From: Chloroflexota bacterium
GTDB lineage: Bacteria; Chloroflexota; Dormibacteria; Dormibacterales; Dormibacteraceae
Assembly (NCBI GenBank): GCA_005888075.1
Contig: VBKD01000174.1
Location: 2,057 to 66,056, forward strand
Direction of reading: 5' to 3'
Length of the DNA: 64,000 nt
Shown: in pieces, positions 1-9,310 of the stretch
How the letters are laid out: each line of letters begins with the position of its first letter
Numbering within the stretch: the stretch's first letter is position 1
Program-made: the position numbers and the translations under genes
Notes under the pieces: model-generated
The model's input: only the letters and a program-made list of their open reading frames with translations
Databases searched by the model: none
Told to the model about the DNA's origin: nothing

Positions 1-921
1 AGCAGCCGCAGGCCGGTGCCCTGCGCGTCGTTGCCTTGCACGACCTGGAGGTAAGGCGTCAGCACGAACATCACGCCGGTCATCGCGAATCCGACCACCA
101 CGAAGGCGACCGTGCCCAGCGAGAAAGACCGGTTCTTGAAAAGGTTGAGGTCGATCAGGGGCGACCTCGTGCGCAGCTGCCGGGCGACAAAGGCGAGGAT
201 GAGTACGAACCCTCCGATGATCGGACCGGCGACCTGGATATCGGTCCATCCGCGGATGGGCTCTTCGATGATGCCGTACACGAGCCCGGTGACACCGGAC
301 ACTTCGAATAGGGCGCCTATCCAGTCGAGGCGCTTCGGATTCGGGTCCTTGCTCTCCGGCACGAAGAACCAGATTCCGATGACGGCGATCACGACCACTG
401 GCGCGTTGATCAGGAAGATGGAGCCCCAGGGGTAGTGCGTGAGAAGCCAGCCGGAGAGGAGAGGGCCGAGGGGCAGGCCGACGAAGGCCCCGGCTCCGCT
501 GATGCCGATCGCGCGCTGGCGCTCGTCCTCCGCGAACATCGACGGCAGAATCGACTGAATCAGCGGCATCACGATGGCGCCGCTGAGGCCCATGACGGCG
601 CGCATGAGGATCAGCCCGCCCGCTGTGGTCATCTGGCTCGCGACCACAGACGAGATGCCAAACGTGGCAAGCCCGATCAGGAGCAGGCGCTTGCGGCCGT
701 AGCGGTCGCCGAGCACGCCGGCCGGCAGCATGAAACCGGCCAGGGAGAGGGTATATGCCGCCGACATCCACTGGAGCTGGTCGGTGGTCGCGTTCAGCTT
801 GGCCGACAGAGTCGGCAGGGCCGTGATCAGGATCGTGATGTCCAGGCCGAGGACGAGGAAGCTCACGGTCATCGCCGCCAATCCGAGCCACCTGCCGGGT
901 TGCCGAGTCTGCGCAGTCATC
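1..921 (-). CDS. MFS transporter, DHA2/EmrB-QacA-like (N-terminal ~307 aa; C-terminus lies beyond the window edge)
   Basis: Own translation of the minus strand from the ATG at 921-919 gives MTAQTRQPGRWLGLAAMTVSFLVLGLDITILITALPTLSAKL...LPAGVLGDRYGRKRLLL...SIFLINAPVV. It shows MFS motif A (GxLxDRxGRK) and TM periodicity. It is absent from the ORF track because the frame is open at the edge. The + strand ORFs 36..947 are shadow frames. Confidence 0.8.
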
Positions 922-999
922 TTCCACCACCTACCTTAAATTTCTAGACTAAGGATAAGTGGAGTCACTCTAATTATCAAGAGGCTAGCGCTAGTTGTC

Positions 1000-1794
1000 G
1001 TGATAGTTCTGCTCGGGGCGGCGTGCACCGGCGCCCCGACCTCGGCCGCGCCGCATCCGCCGCGCAATGTGTTCCTGATCGTGATGGAGAACCACTCGCC
1101 GGACGAGGTGCTGGACAGCCCCTTCACCGCGTCGCTCGCAGCTCGTTACGGCGTTGCAGCGAACTACCACGCGATCACCCATCCCAGCGTCCCGAACTAC
1201 CTCGCGCTCACCTCAGGGCAGACGTGGGGCGTCCGGGATGACGGCTACTACAAGCTTCCGACGACGGACATCGGACACCAGCTGAGCGGCGCCGGGGTCA
1301 GCTGGCGGGCTTACATGGAAGGCTTAGAGCCGGCCGCCTGCCTGGACAGCCCGGCGCCATATGAGGTACGGCACAACCCGTTCGCCTACTACGGCGGCCA
1401 GTGCCCATCGAACGTCGTGCCCCTGACCAACCTGGACTCCGACCTTGCATCGGGAGCATCACGCTTCAGCTGGATCACACCGGACACCTGCCACGACACG
1501 CACGACTGCTCGGTGTCGGCCGGCGACCAGTGGCTCCGACAGGAGGTGGGCGCGATCATGCACTCGAGGGCCTGGAGCTCGAATGGGGTGCTGTTCATCA
1601 CGTGGGACGAAGACGACTACAGCGCCGACGACAATCGGGTGCTGACGCTCGTGATCGCGCCGGGGATGAAGCACAAAGTGAGCCAGCAGTCGTACACGCA
1701 CTACTCGCTGCTGGCGACGATCGAGGACCTCATGGGGGTGAGTCGGTTGGCTCGAGCGGCACAGGCCCAGCCGATGCGTGACCTGCTGCCCTAA
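1000..1794 (+). CDS. Phosphoesterase family protein (phospholipase C / acid phosphatase-like)
   Basis: 264-aa ORF with a GTG start and a signal-like N-terminus. Motifs NVFLIVMENHS, HPSVPNYLALTSGQ and ITPDTCHDTHD are typical of the phosphoesterase (PLC/AcpA) superfamily. Confidence 0.8.
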   Translation: MIVLLGAACTGAPTSAAPHPPRNVFLIVMENHSPDEVLDSPFTASLAARYGVAANYHAITHPSVPNYLALTSGQTWGVRDDGYYKLPTTDIGHQLSGAGVSWRAYMEGLEPAACLDSPAPYEVRHNPFAYYGGQCPSNVVPLTNLDSDLASGASRFSWITPDTCHDTHDCSVSAGDQWLRQEVGAIMHSRAWSSNGVLFITWDEDDYSADDNRVLTLVIAPGMKHKVSQQSYTHYSLLATIEDLMGVSRLARAAQAQPMRDLLP

Positions 1795-1885
1795 TCCCCT
1801 TCAGTGACCCTTAGCTCATTGACTTCGGAACCCAGGCGCGGCTATGGTCGGGCTTGCCGCTTTTGGACCTTGTGGGAGGGTGCTG

Positions 1886-3682
1886 ATGATGCATGCAGCC
1901 CGTAGGCTCGTCCCGGCCATTGCTGCGCTGGCTGTCGCAGGACAGGCATTTGCGTTTGGAGTGGCGCACGCCGCCACCACGGCCTCGTCGCTGCACGCCG
2001 CGTATCACGGCACTTTCGCACCGTCGTCCATATCCGGGACTCCAACCGACGTCCCGACGAGCAGCAACGAGATTCCAGCCCAATCGCCCAACTCGAAAAC
2101 AATTCGGCATACCTACGCGGCCGGCACGCCAACGGTACAGGCGCTCAGCGTCTCGTCCGGGCAAGCCAACGGCTTCGGCGGCTTCCAGGGCATCACACAC
2201 AAGGAGCAGCGTCTCGCCGGCACCGGTGACTACTCCAACACCCAATTCAGCCTGGAGCCGCCCGACCAGGGTCTCTGCGTGGGGAATGGCTTCTTGGTCG
2301 AAACCGTGAACAACGCTGTGCGCGTCTTTGACACTTCGGGCAGCCCGGCCACCGAGCCGATCGCTCTGAGCCAGTTCTTCGGATTCAAGCCGGAGGTCGT
2401 GAGACCAAATGGTCCATTTGGACCGTTCATCAGCGACCCCAAGTGCTACTTCGATGTCGCTACATCGCGTTGGTTTCTGACTGAGCTTGGGATTGGCCAG
2501 GTCCCCGCCACGGGCAATTTCGACGGGACGTCGTTTGAGGCTGTCGCTGTCTCGACCTCCTCTGACCCGTCGGCGGACTGGAACATTTACACCTTTGACA
2601 CCACCGACTCTGCGCACCCAGGTTGCGGCGGAGGATGCTTTGGCGACCAGCCCCTTATCGGCGCCGACGCGTACGGCTTCTACGTTTCGACGAACGAGTA
2701 CTCGATCAAACCGTTCGGCACGTACTACAACGGCGCGCAGGTGTACGCGATGTCGAAGCAGGGCCTCGAAGGCGCCGGCAAGAACGGTGTCAACCTGGTA
2801 CACATCGACTCGGGTCCTTACACCCAGAGCGCGTATGGCGCCCCCTCGTTCAACCTCCAGCCTGCGACGGTGCCAGGCACCACATACGACACCTCCAACG
2901 GTGGCACGCAGTACTTCGTGAGCAGCCTCGACCTCGGCGCCGGCCCGGCGCTGGGCACCCGGGCCACGCACGTCGGGCTGTGGGCGCTGACCAACACTAT
3001 TTCGCTCAACAGCAAGAGCCCCAGCCTGACTCTCTCTTTCACCGCGGTTGCCAGTGAGACCTACACGCAGCCGCCGAACATGACTCAGAAGAAGGGCCCG
3101 CTCTGGCTGGGCGCGCAACTCAACGATCCAGAGTCGCTCGTGGCATCGAATGACGACCGCATGAACCAGGTCGTGTACGCCAACGGTCACCTGTGGTCCG
3201 CCACGAACTCGGCGGTCAAGCAGCAGAACGGGCCGACTACGACTGGCATCGCGTGGTTCGAGATCGCACCGTCGGCGACTCCGAACTCGGTATCCGGGCA
3301 GATGACCAACCAGGGTTACCTTGCCGCCTCCGGTCAAAACACGGCCTTCCCGTCGATCGGAGTGACCGACGCGGGCAGGGCGGTCATGACCTTCGCCCTC
3401 GTGGGGCCAGACTTTTACCCGAGCGCTGCATATGCAACACAGGGAGCCGATGGCAGCTTCAACACGATCTATGTGGCCGGCGCGGGCCGGTTCCCGGAGG
3501 ACGGTTTCACCGGCTACAAGGAGTTTGGTGGGACGGTGGCTCGCTGGGGCGACTACACGGCAGCCGTGGCAGACGGATCCGGGAATGTCTGGATGGCGGC
3601 GGAGTTCATCAATGACCTCTACCCGCCTGCGCGCACCTTCTACGCCAACTGGAGCACCTTCGTCAGCAAGGTCACTCCATAG
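1886..3682 (+). CDS. Secreted protein of unknown function, probable beta-propeller (paralog A)
   Basis: ORF 1844..3682. The preferred start is the ATG at 1886 (MMHAARRLVPAIAALAVAGQAFAFG signal peptide) behind GGGAGG. It has an Asp-box-like SSDPSADW and a C-terminal ARWGDYTAAVADGSGNVWMAAEF. It is a clear paralog of the next gene. Confidence 0.8.
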   Translation: MMHAARRLVPAIAALAVAGQAFAFGVAHAATTASSLHAAYHGTFAPSSISGTPTDVPTSSNEIPAQSPNSKTIRHTYAAGTPTVQALSVSSGQANGFGGFQGITHKEQRLAGTGDYSNTQFSLEPPDQGLCVGNGFLVETVNNAVRVFDTSGSPATEPIALSQFFGFKPEVVRPNGPFGPFISDPKCYFDVATSRWFLTELGIGQVPATGNFDGTSFEAVAVSTSSDPSADWNIYTFDTTDSAHPGCGGGCFGDQPLIGADAYGFYVSTNEYSIKPFGTYYNGAQVYAMSKQGLEGAGKNGVNLVHIDSGPYTQSAYGAPSFNLQPATVPGTTYDTSNGGTQYFVSSLDLGAGPALGTRATHVGLWALTNTISLNSKSPSLTLSFTAVASETYTQPPNMTQKKGPLWLGAQLNDPESLVASNDDRMNQVVYANGHLWSATNSAVKQQNGPTTTGIAWFEIAPSATPNSVSGQMTNQGYLAASGQNTAFPSIGVTDAGRAVMTFALVGPDFYPSAAYATQGADGSFNTIYVAGAGRFPEDGFTGYKEFGGTVARWGDYTAAVADGSGNVWMAAEFINDLYPPARTFYANWSTFVSKVTP

Positions 3683-3692
3683 ATCTATTAAA

Positions 3693-3718
3693 GGGCGGCG
3701 GGCTTGCGCCTGCCGCCC
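3693..3718 (+). terminator. GC-rich hairpin downstream of paralog A (possible intrinsic terminator)
   Basis: GGGCGGCGGGC-TTGC-GCCTGCCGCCC forms an 11-bp stem with one mismatch, 10 nt after the stop codon. There is no clean U-tract. Confidence 0.4.
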
Positions 3719-3831
3719 GCGTTGTGTAGCTGACAAATTCTTATGACTGTTGCGATCGGCGCCAGAGCGCCGTTACGATCGCGGGACACGCTGGGCCGTT
3801 TGTAACAAGGGGGAAACAGAGGGTGGTGGAA

Positions 3832-5673
3832 ATGCGTAAGCGTGTTCTCGCGGCTGCCGCAGCCGCTTCAATAGTCGCCGCGATCGGCACTGCGGTGACC
3901 CTGACCACGGCGGCCGCCAAAACCAGCGGGACCGTGACGTTTTCGTCGCAGCCCGGCACTGCAAAGCTGCTCACGCATTACGTCGTGACCCCGGAAGATC
4001 GCAGCCAGCAGAATTCGGCGTCCGCCAACGCGGCGGCGGCCGCGGGTCGAACATCTCAGGACCCGACAACTGCGACGGCGACCAAGCACGGCTCGAAGAT
4101 CTCGAGATCCGTTTCCTCTGACGCCGGCAATCGCGGCGCTTCCGGTACCGGTGTCGCCGCAGGGACGAGCGGCGCCGGAGCCAGCACGCCGGCACCCAGC
4201 GCCAGCTTCATAGGACAGCAGGCGTCCGCGACGACCTGCTCCTACTTCGGGCAGGGCTGCAACCCGCCCGATATGGCGCTCGGAGCCTCGTCGCAGTTCG
4301 TGCTCCAGGGTGTCAACACGCAATGGCAGATCACGGACACCTCGGGTCACGTCCAGCCAGGATGGCCGGTCGGCGCCCAGGCTTTCTTCGGCGTGCCGAA
4401 CGTGACCAACACCGATGGCAATCCGTGCGATACGGCGCACCTCAGCCAGCCGTTCCTCAGCGACCCAAGGGCTCTCTATGACGCGGGCGACCAGCGGTTC
4501 TGGGCCGCGATGCTGCAGATCGAGAACGGATTTGGAATCGCGCCCGACTGCCCGTTCAAGTCCGTCTACTACGTCGCCGTCAGCCAGACGAGCGACCCCA
4601 CCGGCAACTGGAATGTGTATGAGTTCGAGATGTCTTTGGGCAAGACCTCCGGAGGCCAGCTCGTAGGGGCGGACTACACCCAGCTCGGCTTCGATGGCCA
4701 GGCGGTCTACTTCTCCGCCAACATGTTCACGCAAGACGGCAACTTCTACGCCTGGGCCGAGTTGTTCGAGGCGAACAAGGCGCAGATGGAAAGAGGCAAA
4801 GGTGGTTTCACTGCCGCCGGCTTCTACAACCTGCAGGCAAGCGGTCCGGCCAGCGCCAAGGCGGGGCCCTTCGTCGCCGACACCGTCAACCCGGCGATGA
4901 ACCTGGACGGTAGCGCCAACGGCGCCGAGACGTTTGTCGACACGTTTGACGGACCAGACCCTGTCAATGGCAACCTGTGCGGCCAGACCGGCCGGCACGA
5001 TCCCTGCAGTGGCCTGGCTGTCTGGAGCTTGACCAACCCGACCGGCCACGACAACGGCGGCCCGCTGCCGACCCTCGCGGGCAGCTACGTCGCGACCCAG
5101 CCATACCTGATCAACCCGGCTGCCGATCAGCCGAGCTGCAACCACTGCATCGATGCCAACGACCTGCGCATCCCGGGCACGCCCGTGGTCCGCAATGGGA
5201 ATCTCTATGCGGCATGGGGCACAGCGATCAACAATGGTTCGCAGACGGTCCCAGGAATCGAGTGGGCCCAGATCTCGCTGTCGGGTTCTGGCGTCCAGCA
5301 GGCCTACTACGACCAGTCTGGCGATACAGCGGTTACCTACCCGACACTGCTGCCGGACGATCAGGGGAACGTCTTCATGCTGTTCGAGCGCATGAGCCAC
5401 ACCGTGTTCCCGGAAGCTCGTTATCTCGTCAAGGCAGCCGGCGACGCCAACTTCGGTGGCACGGGAGTGCTGCTCAGGCAAGGCGACTCGTCGTACCGCC
5501 CGCAGCGCTGCGGCATCACCATCCCGGTCTGCCGCTGGGGCGACTATGAGGCCGCTTCTTTCGACGGTCAGGGCCGGATCTGGTTCGCCGGCGAGTATGC
5601 GAATCAGTACGCGGGCCTCGGGCCGCCGGTCTACGGACGAAACTGGGGCACCTGGATCGGAGCGATCGGCTAG
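3832..5673 (+). CDS. Secreted protein of unknown function, probable beta-propeller (paralog B)
   Basis: ORF 3823..5673. The ATG at 3832 gives MRKRVLAAAAAASIVAAIGTAV (signal/anchor), followed by a ~75-aa Ala/Ser/Thr/Gly-rich linker. It has an Asp-box-like TSDPTGNW and CRWGDYEAASFDGQGRIWFAGEY. Confidence 0.8.
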   Translation: MRKRVLAAAAAASIVAAIGTAVTLTTAAAKTSGTVTFSSQPGTAKLLTHYVVTPEDRSQQNSASANAAAAAGRTSQDPTTATATKHGSKISRSVSSDAGNRGASGTGVAAGTSGAGASTPAPSASFIGQQASATTCSYFGQGCNPPDMALGASSQFVLQGVNTQWQITDTSGHVQPGWPVGAQAFFGVPNVTNTDGNPCDTAHLSQPFLSDPRALYDAGDQRFWAAMLQIENGFGIAPDCPFKSVYYVAVSQTSDPTGNWNVYEFEMSLGKTSGGQLVGADYTQLGFDGQAVYFSANMFTQDGNFYAWAELFEANKAQMERGKGGFTAAGFYNLQASGPASAKAGPFVADTVNPAMNLDGSANGAETFVDTFDGPDPVNGNLCGQTGRHDPCSGLAVWSLTNPTGHDNGGPLPTLAGSYVATQPYLINPAADQPSCNHCIDANDLRIPGTPVVRNGNLYAAWGTAINNGSQTVPGIEWAQISLSGSGVQQAYYDQSGDTAVTYPTLLPDDQGNVFMLFERMSHTVFPEARYLVKAAGDANFGGTGVLLRQGDSSYRPQRCGITIPVCRWGDYEAASFDGQGRIWFAGEYANQYAGLGPPVYGRNWGTWIGAIG

Positions 5674-5683
5674 TCCGAACTGA

Positions 5684-6622
5684 ATGGGCAGGGGCGAATT
5701 CCGTCCCTGCCCTACCTTTATCAATGTGCCCGTGATCGTCTGCGACGTCGGACCGCGCGACGGCCTCCAGAACGAGGCGAAGATCCTGGAGCCGGCTGTC
5801 CGCGCCGTGCTGTGCGATGCGCTGGCTGTGGCCGGCGTCAAGCGGGTAGAGGCGGCCAGCTTTGTCAAGCCAACCCTCGTACCGCAGATGGACGGCGCGG
5901 AGGAAGTGATGGCCAGGCTGCACCGGCAGGAGGGCACGGTCTACGCCGGCCTGGTCCTCAACGAGAAGGGTTACGACCGGGCACTCGCGGCAGGCGTGGA
6001 CGAGGTGCATTACGCGTTCGCCGCCACCGACGAGTTCGGCATGCGGAACCAGAATGCGACCATCGAGCAGGGCCTCCAGACCGCCCTCGCCCTCGTGGCG
6101 CGGGCGCGCGCGGATCGGATGCCCATCACCGTGACTCTGAGCGTCGCCTTCGGCTGTCCGTTCGAAGGGCCGGTGCCGCCCAAGCGAGTCCTCGCGATCG
6201 TCGAGGCATTGATGGGTGTGCCGCCCGATGAGATCTGCCTCGCGGACACGATCGGTGTCGGGGTGCCAAGCCAGGTGCACGAGCTCGTCCGAGGTGCGCG
6301 CGCTTCGGGCGCAAGCGTCGGCGCGCATTTTCACAACACACGCAACACGGGCTATGCCAATGCGGTGGCCGCGCTCGAGGAGGGCGTGGTCTCGCTCGAC
6401 GCATCGGTTGGTGGTGCCGGCGGATGTCCGTTCGCGCCGAAGGCGACGGGCAACATCGCGACCGAAGATCTGGTTTACCTGCTGCGGGGTCTAGGGGTCG
6501 ATACGGGCATCAACCTGGACGCCTTGATCGAGACCTCGCGCTGGCTGGGGTCGCAGCTGGGGAAAGAGCTGCCGGGCATGCTGGCCCGAGCAGGCGACTA
6601 CCCGGCCAAGACCGGAAGCTAG
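5684..6622 (+). CDS. Hydroxymethylglutaryl-CoA lyase
   Basis: 312-aa ORF with VIVCDVGPRDGLQNE at the N-terminus, HFHNTRNTGYANAVAALEEG, and GGCPFAPKATGNIATEDLVYLL. This is the classical HMGL-like TIM-barrel signature. The start may be an internal GTG just before PVIVCDV. Confidence 0.9.
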   Translation: MGRGEFRPCPTFINVPVIVCDVGPRDGLQNEAKILEPAVRAVLCDALAVAGVKRVEAASFVKPTLVPQMDGAEEVMARLHRQEGTVYAGLVLNEKGYDRALAAGVDEVHYAFAATDEFGMRNQNATIEQGLQTALALVARARADRMPITVTLSVAFGCPFEGPVPPKRVLAIVEALMGVPPDEICLADTIGVGVPSQVHELVRGARASGASVGAHFHNTRNTGYANAVAALEEGVVSLDASVGGAGGCPFAPKATGNIATEDLVYLLRGLGVDTGINLDALIETSRWLGSQLGKELPGMLARAGDYPAKTGS

Positions 6623-8145
6623 TCTTTTTCCAGGCCGTACAGGGCGCCGAACTTTCGGCGTACATACGCGATCCATGCCGCCGCGGCCAGCGGCTTGCCG
6701 GTGATGCGCTCCATCAGCTCGTTCGGCGTGAACTTGCGCCCGTGCTGGTGCAGGTTCTTGCGCAGCCACGCGAGCAGAGGCGCGAACTCGCCGGCTTCGA
6801 TCTGCGCGTCGAGATCCGGAATGTCGGCGCGAACCTTCTCCATGAGCTGCGCGCCGATCAGGTTGCCCAGGGTATAGCCAGGGAAGATTCCAAAGCTGAC
6901 ACCGGACCAGTGGATGTCCTGCAGGGCGCCATCGCGATCGTTTGGCACGTCGATGCCCAGATACGACTTGAAGCGCGCATTCCACGCCTCCGGAAGGTCC
7001 TTGACCTTGAGCTTGCCTTCGAGCATCTCGTTTTCCAGCTCGAAGCGAAGCAGGATGTGCAGGTTGTAGGTGACCTCATCCGCCTCCACGCGAATAAGTG
7101 AAGGATGCGATTTGTTGACCGCGCGGTAGAAGCCTTCCTCGTCGACGCCGCGGAGCTGGGCGGGAAACGTCGATTGAACGCTCGGAAAGAAGTGCCTCCA
7201 GAAAGGTTGGCTCCGGCCGACCAGGTTTTCCCACAACCTCGATTGGGACTCATGGACGCCAGGTGATGCACCATCCCAAAGCGGCGTGCGATCGATCTCC
7301 TCGCTTATGCCCTGCTGGTACATGGCGTGGCCTGACTCATGGACCAAACCGAAAAAGCACATGTTGAAAAAGCCGGGTGATATGCGCGTGGTAATTCGAG
7401 TGTCGCCGGGACCGAAGGACGTCTCGAAGGGATGGGCGGAGATGTCCTGGCGGCCGCGCTCCAGGTCGTATCCCAGCTGGGTGACCACCTGCATCCCGTA
7501 TTTGACCTGCAGCTCCGGAGCAAAGTCCGCGTGCAGGAAGCGATCGTCGATCGCGTCCGCATGCCGTGCGATATCCGAGACCAGGGGGACGATCGCCGTT
7601 CGGAGCTCGGCAAAGATGGCCTCCAGCTGCCGGGTCGTCAGAGCGGGCTCGTACAGGTCGATGAGCGCGTCGTAAGGGCGCTTTTCGTAGCCGAGTGCGT
7701 CGGCCAGACGGCGATTCAGCTCGACGTTCTTCTCGAGGTAAGGGGCGAACAGGCTGAACTCGTTGTCGGTCCGCGCCTTCTCCCAGAAGGGGCGCGCGGT
7801 CGCTCCCGCCCTTGCAATGTCCTCAACCAGGTCTGTCGGGACCTTGATCTGCTGCTGGTAATCGCGGCGCGTGACCCGCACCAGGCTGGCCTCGTAGGAG
7901 TCGTGCGGCAGGCTGGCGACCTCGCCCTCGAGATCGTCGAGCAGCCGCCCGACCTCGTCCGAGACGAATCGAACGTGCGCCAGCCGGTGGAGCGTCGACT
8001 GCTGCTCGGCGCGTCCCTCCACGCCCCCCGGCGGCATGTATGTCTCCTGGTCCCACTCGAGCACCGCCGCGGCGCGACTCAGATCCGTGACCTCGGCCAG
8101 GATCTCCCTCAGCTTCCGCAGCTTGCCGCTCGTGTTGCCTGCCAC
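6619..8145 (-). CDS. Carboxypeptidase Taq-type metallopeptidase (M32 family)
   Basis: 508-aa ORF with HESGHAMYQQG (HExxH), DIHWSGVSFGIFPGYTLGN and IRVEADEVTYNLHI, all M32 signatures. Confidence 0.9.
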   Translation of the reverse strand: MAGNTSGKLRKLREILAEVTDLSRAAAVLEWDQETYMPPGGVEGRAEQQSTLHRLAHVRFVSDEVGRLLDDLEGEVASLPHDSYEASLVRVTRRDYQQQIKVPTDLVEDIARAGATARPFWEKARTDNEFSLFAPYLEKNVELNRRLADALGYEKRPYDALIDLYEPALTTRQLEAIFAELRTAIVPLVSDIARHADAIDDRFLHADFAPELQVKYGMQVVTQLGYDLERGRQDISAHPFETSFGPGDTRITTRISPGFFNMCFFGLVHESGHAMYQQGISEEIDRTPLWDGASPGVHESQSRLWENLVGRSQPFWRHFFPSVQSTFPAQLRGVDEEGFYRAVNKSHPSLIRVEADEVTYNLHILLRFELENEMLEGKLKVKDLPEAWNARFKSYLGIDVPNDRDGALQDIHWSGVSFGIFPGYTLGNLIGAQLMEKVRADIPDLDAQIEAGEFAPLLAWLRKNLHQHGRKFTPNELMERITGKPLAAAAWIAYVRRKFGALYGLEKD

Positions 8146-8177
8146 CCTCTACGGGTATTCTCCCGAATGGGCGACCC

Positions 8178-8250
8178 GCCCCGCTAGCTCAGTGGATAGA
8201 GCATCTGTCTTCTAAACAGAGGGTCTGAGGTTCGAATCCTCAGCGGGGCA
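8178..8250 (+). tRNA. tRNA-Arg (anticodon TCT)
   Basis: Hand-folded cloverleaf: acceptor GCCCCGC/GCGGGGC, D-arm GCTC-AGTGGATA-GAGC, anticodon arm TCTGT-CTTCTAA-ACAGA, T-arm TGAGG-TTCGAAT-CCTCA, discriminator A. Total 73 nt with no encoded CCA. Confidence 0.9.
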
Positions 8251-9243
8251 CTAGATCCAGCCGCGTCGCCTGAAGAGATAGAGCTGGATCCCGATTGCGA
8301 TCAGCATCGTGACGATGCCGACGGCAAACGTGGCGTAAGGGGCCTCCAGCACCTGCGTCAGGTAGGCGAAGTTCATGCCGTAAAAGCCGGTAAGGAAGCT
8401 CAGCGGCAGGAAAACGCTCGCGATCACGGTCAGCGCCTTGGTGGTCTGGTTCAGCCGGTTGGAAACGGTCGACAGGTAGACGTCCAGCGCGCTCGTCAGG
8501 AGGTCGCGCAGCGAGTCGACAGTCTCGTACTGCCGCACGATGTGGTCGTAGACATCTCGGTAGTACAGGGTCATGTCCTGCTGCTGCAGATGGATGCCGT
8601 GCGTGATGAGGCGCTGGAATACGTCGCGCTGCGCCCCGAGAAACCTACGCAGGTCTGTGACCGTGTGTTTGAGGTGGTAGATGCGTTCCAGCGATTGCTG
8701 CTTGGCGCTCTTGGTGATCTCGTCTTCCAATCCATCCACCTCTTCGTCCAGCTTTTCGAGCACTGGAAATGTGGAGTCGATCAGCGTGTCGATGACGAGG
8801 TATGTGATGAAGGCCGGCTTGGAATGGGTCAGCTCGGGACTCTTCTCGATCCGCTCCTGAAGCTGTTTGAGCTCCGGCGAAGGCTCCTGGTGGACGGTGA
8901 TCAAGTAGTGCGGGCCGACGTAAAGATGGTGCTCGCGCATGCCGATGTCGTCTCCGTCCCAGACCGCCGTGAAGATGACGCTGAAGTTGTAGTCGGGGTA
9001 TTCGTCGATTTTCGGCCGCTGGTTCTGGTGCTGGATGTCCTCGATCGTCAGCGGGTGGAAGTTGAATGTTTGCTCGAGGAGCCTGTAATCGTCCTGGTCG
9101 GGCGCTTCGATGTCCAGCCAGAGACCAGACTTTTCGGCATCGGCAAAGCAGCGCTGGACGTCCTCAGTCTCGGTCGAGGCCGTCTTGCCGGTGATCGTAA
9201 GCAGCGTTCTCAGTGGTTCGAGACTATACGGGGCGCCATTCAA
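8251..9243 (-). CDS. corA: Magnesium/cobalt transporter CorA
   Basis: 330-aa ORF with a C-terminal YGMNF (GMN motif) between two TM helices and a CorA-like cytoplasmic domain. The stop codon directly abuts the 3' end of tRNA-Arg. Confidence 0.9.
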   Translation of the reverse strand: MNGAPYSLEPLRTLLTITGKTASTETEDVQRCFADAEKSGLWLDIEAPDQDDYRLLEQTFNFHPLTIEDIQHQNQRPKIDEYPDYNFSVIFTAVWDGDDIGMREHHLYVGPHYLITVHQEPSPELKQLQERIEKSPELTHSKPAFITYLVIDTLIDSTFPVLEKLDEEVDGLEDEITKSAKQQSLERIYHLKHTVTDLRRFLGAQRDVFQRLITHGIHLQQQDMTLYYRDVYDHIVRQYETVDSLRDLLTSALDVYLSTVSNRLNQTTKALTVIASVFLPLSFLTGFYGMNFAYLTQVLEAPYATFAVGIVTMLIAIGIQLYLFRRRGWI

Positions 9244-9310
9244 CGACCGCCGCAGTCAGACGGCAGATAAGCCGGTCGAGAGTTCCCGGCCGGCCCCCTG
9301 CCTCCCGCTC

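Noticed and set aside
1811-5937. Very long minus-strand ORFs (1811..3736, 641 aa; 3868..5937, 689 aa) antisense to the two secreted-protein genes
   Set aside because: Their translations are Arg/Gly/Ala/Pro-rich low-complexity sequence, typical of shadow frames in high-GC DNA. The + strand products have signal peptides, conserved paralogous blocks and sensible composition.
8146-8260. Possible integration hotspot or genomic island at tRNA-Arg, and likewise at tRNA-Tyr (24797-24879)
   Set aside because: There is no integrase, no direct repeat of the tRNA 3' end and no compositional break next to either tRNA. The flanking genes are ordinary chromosomal functions.
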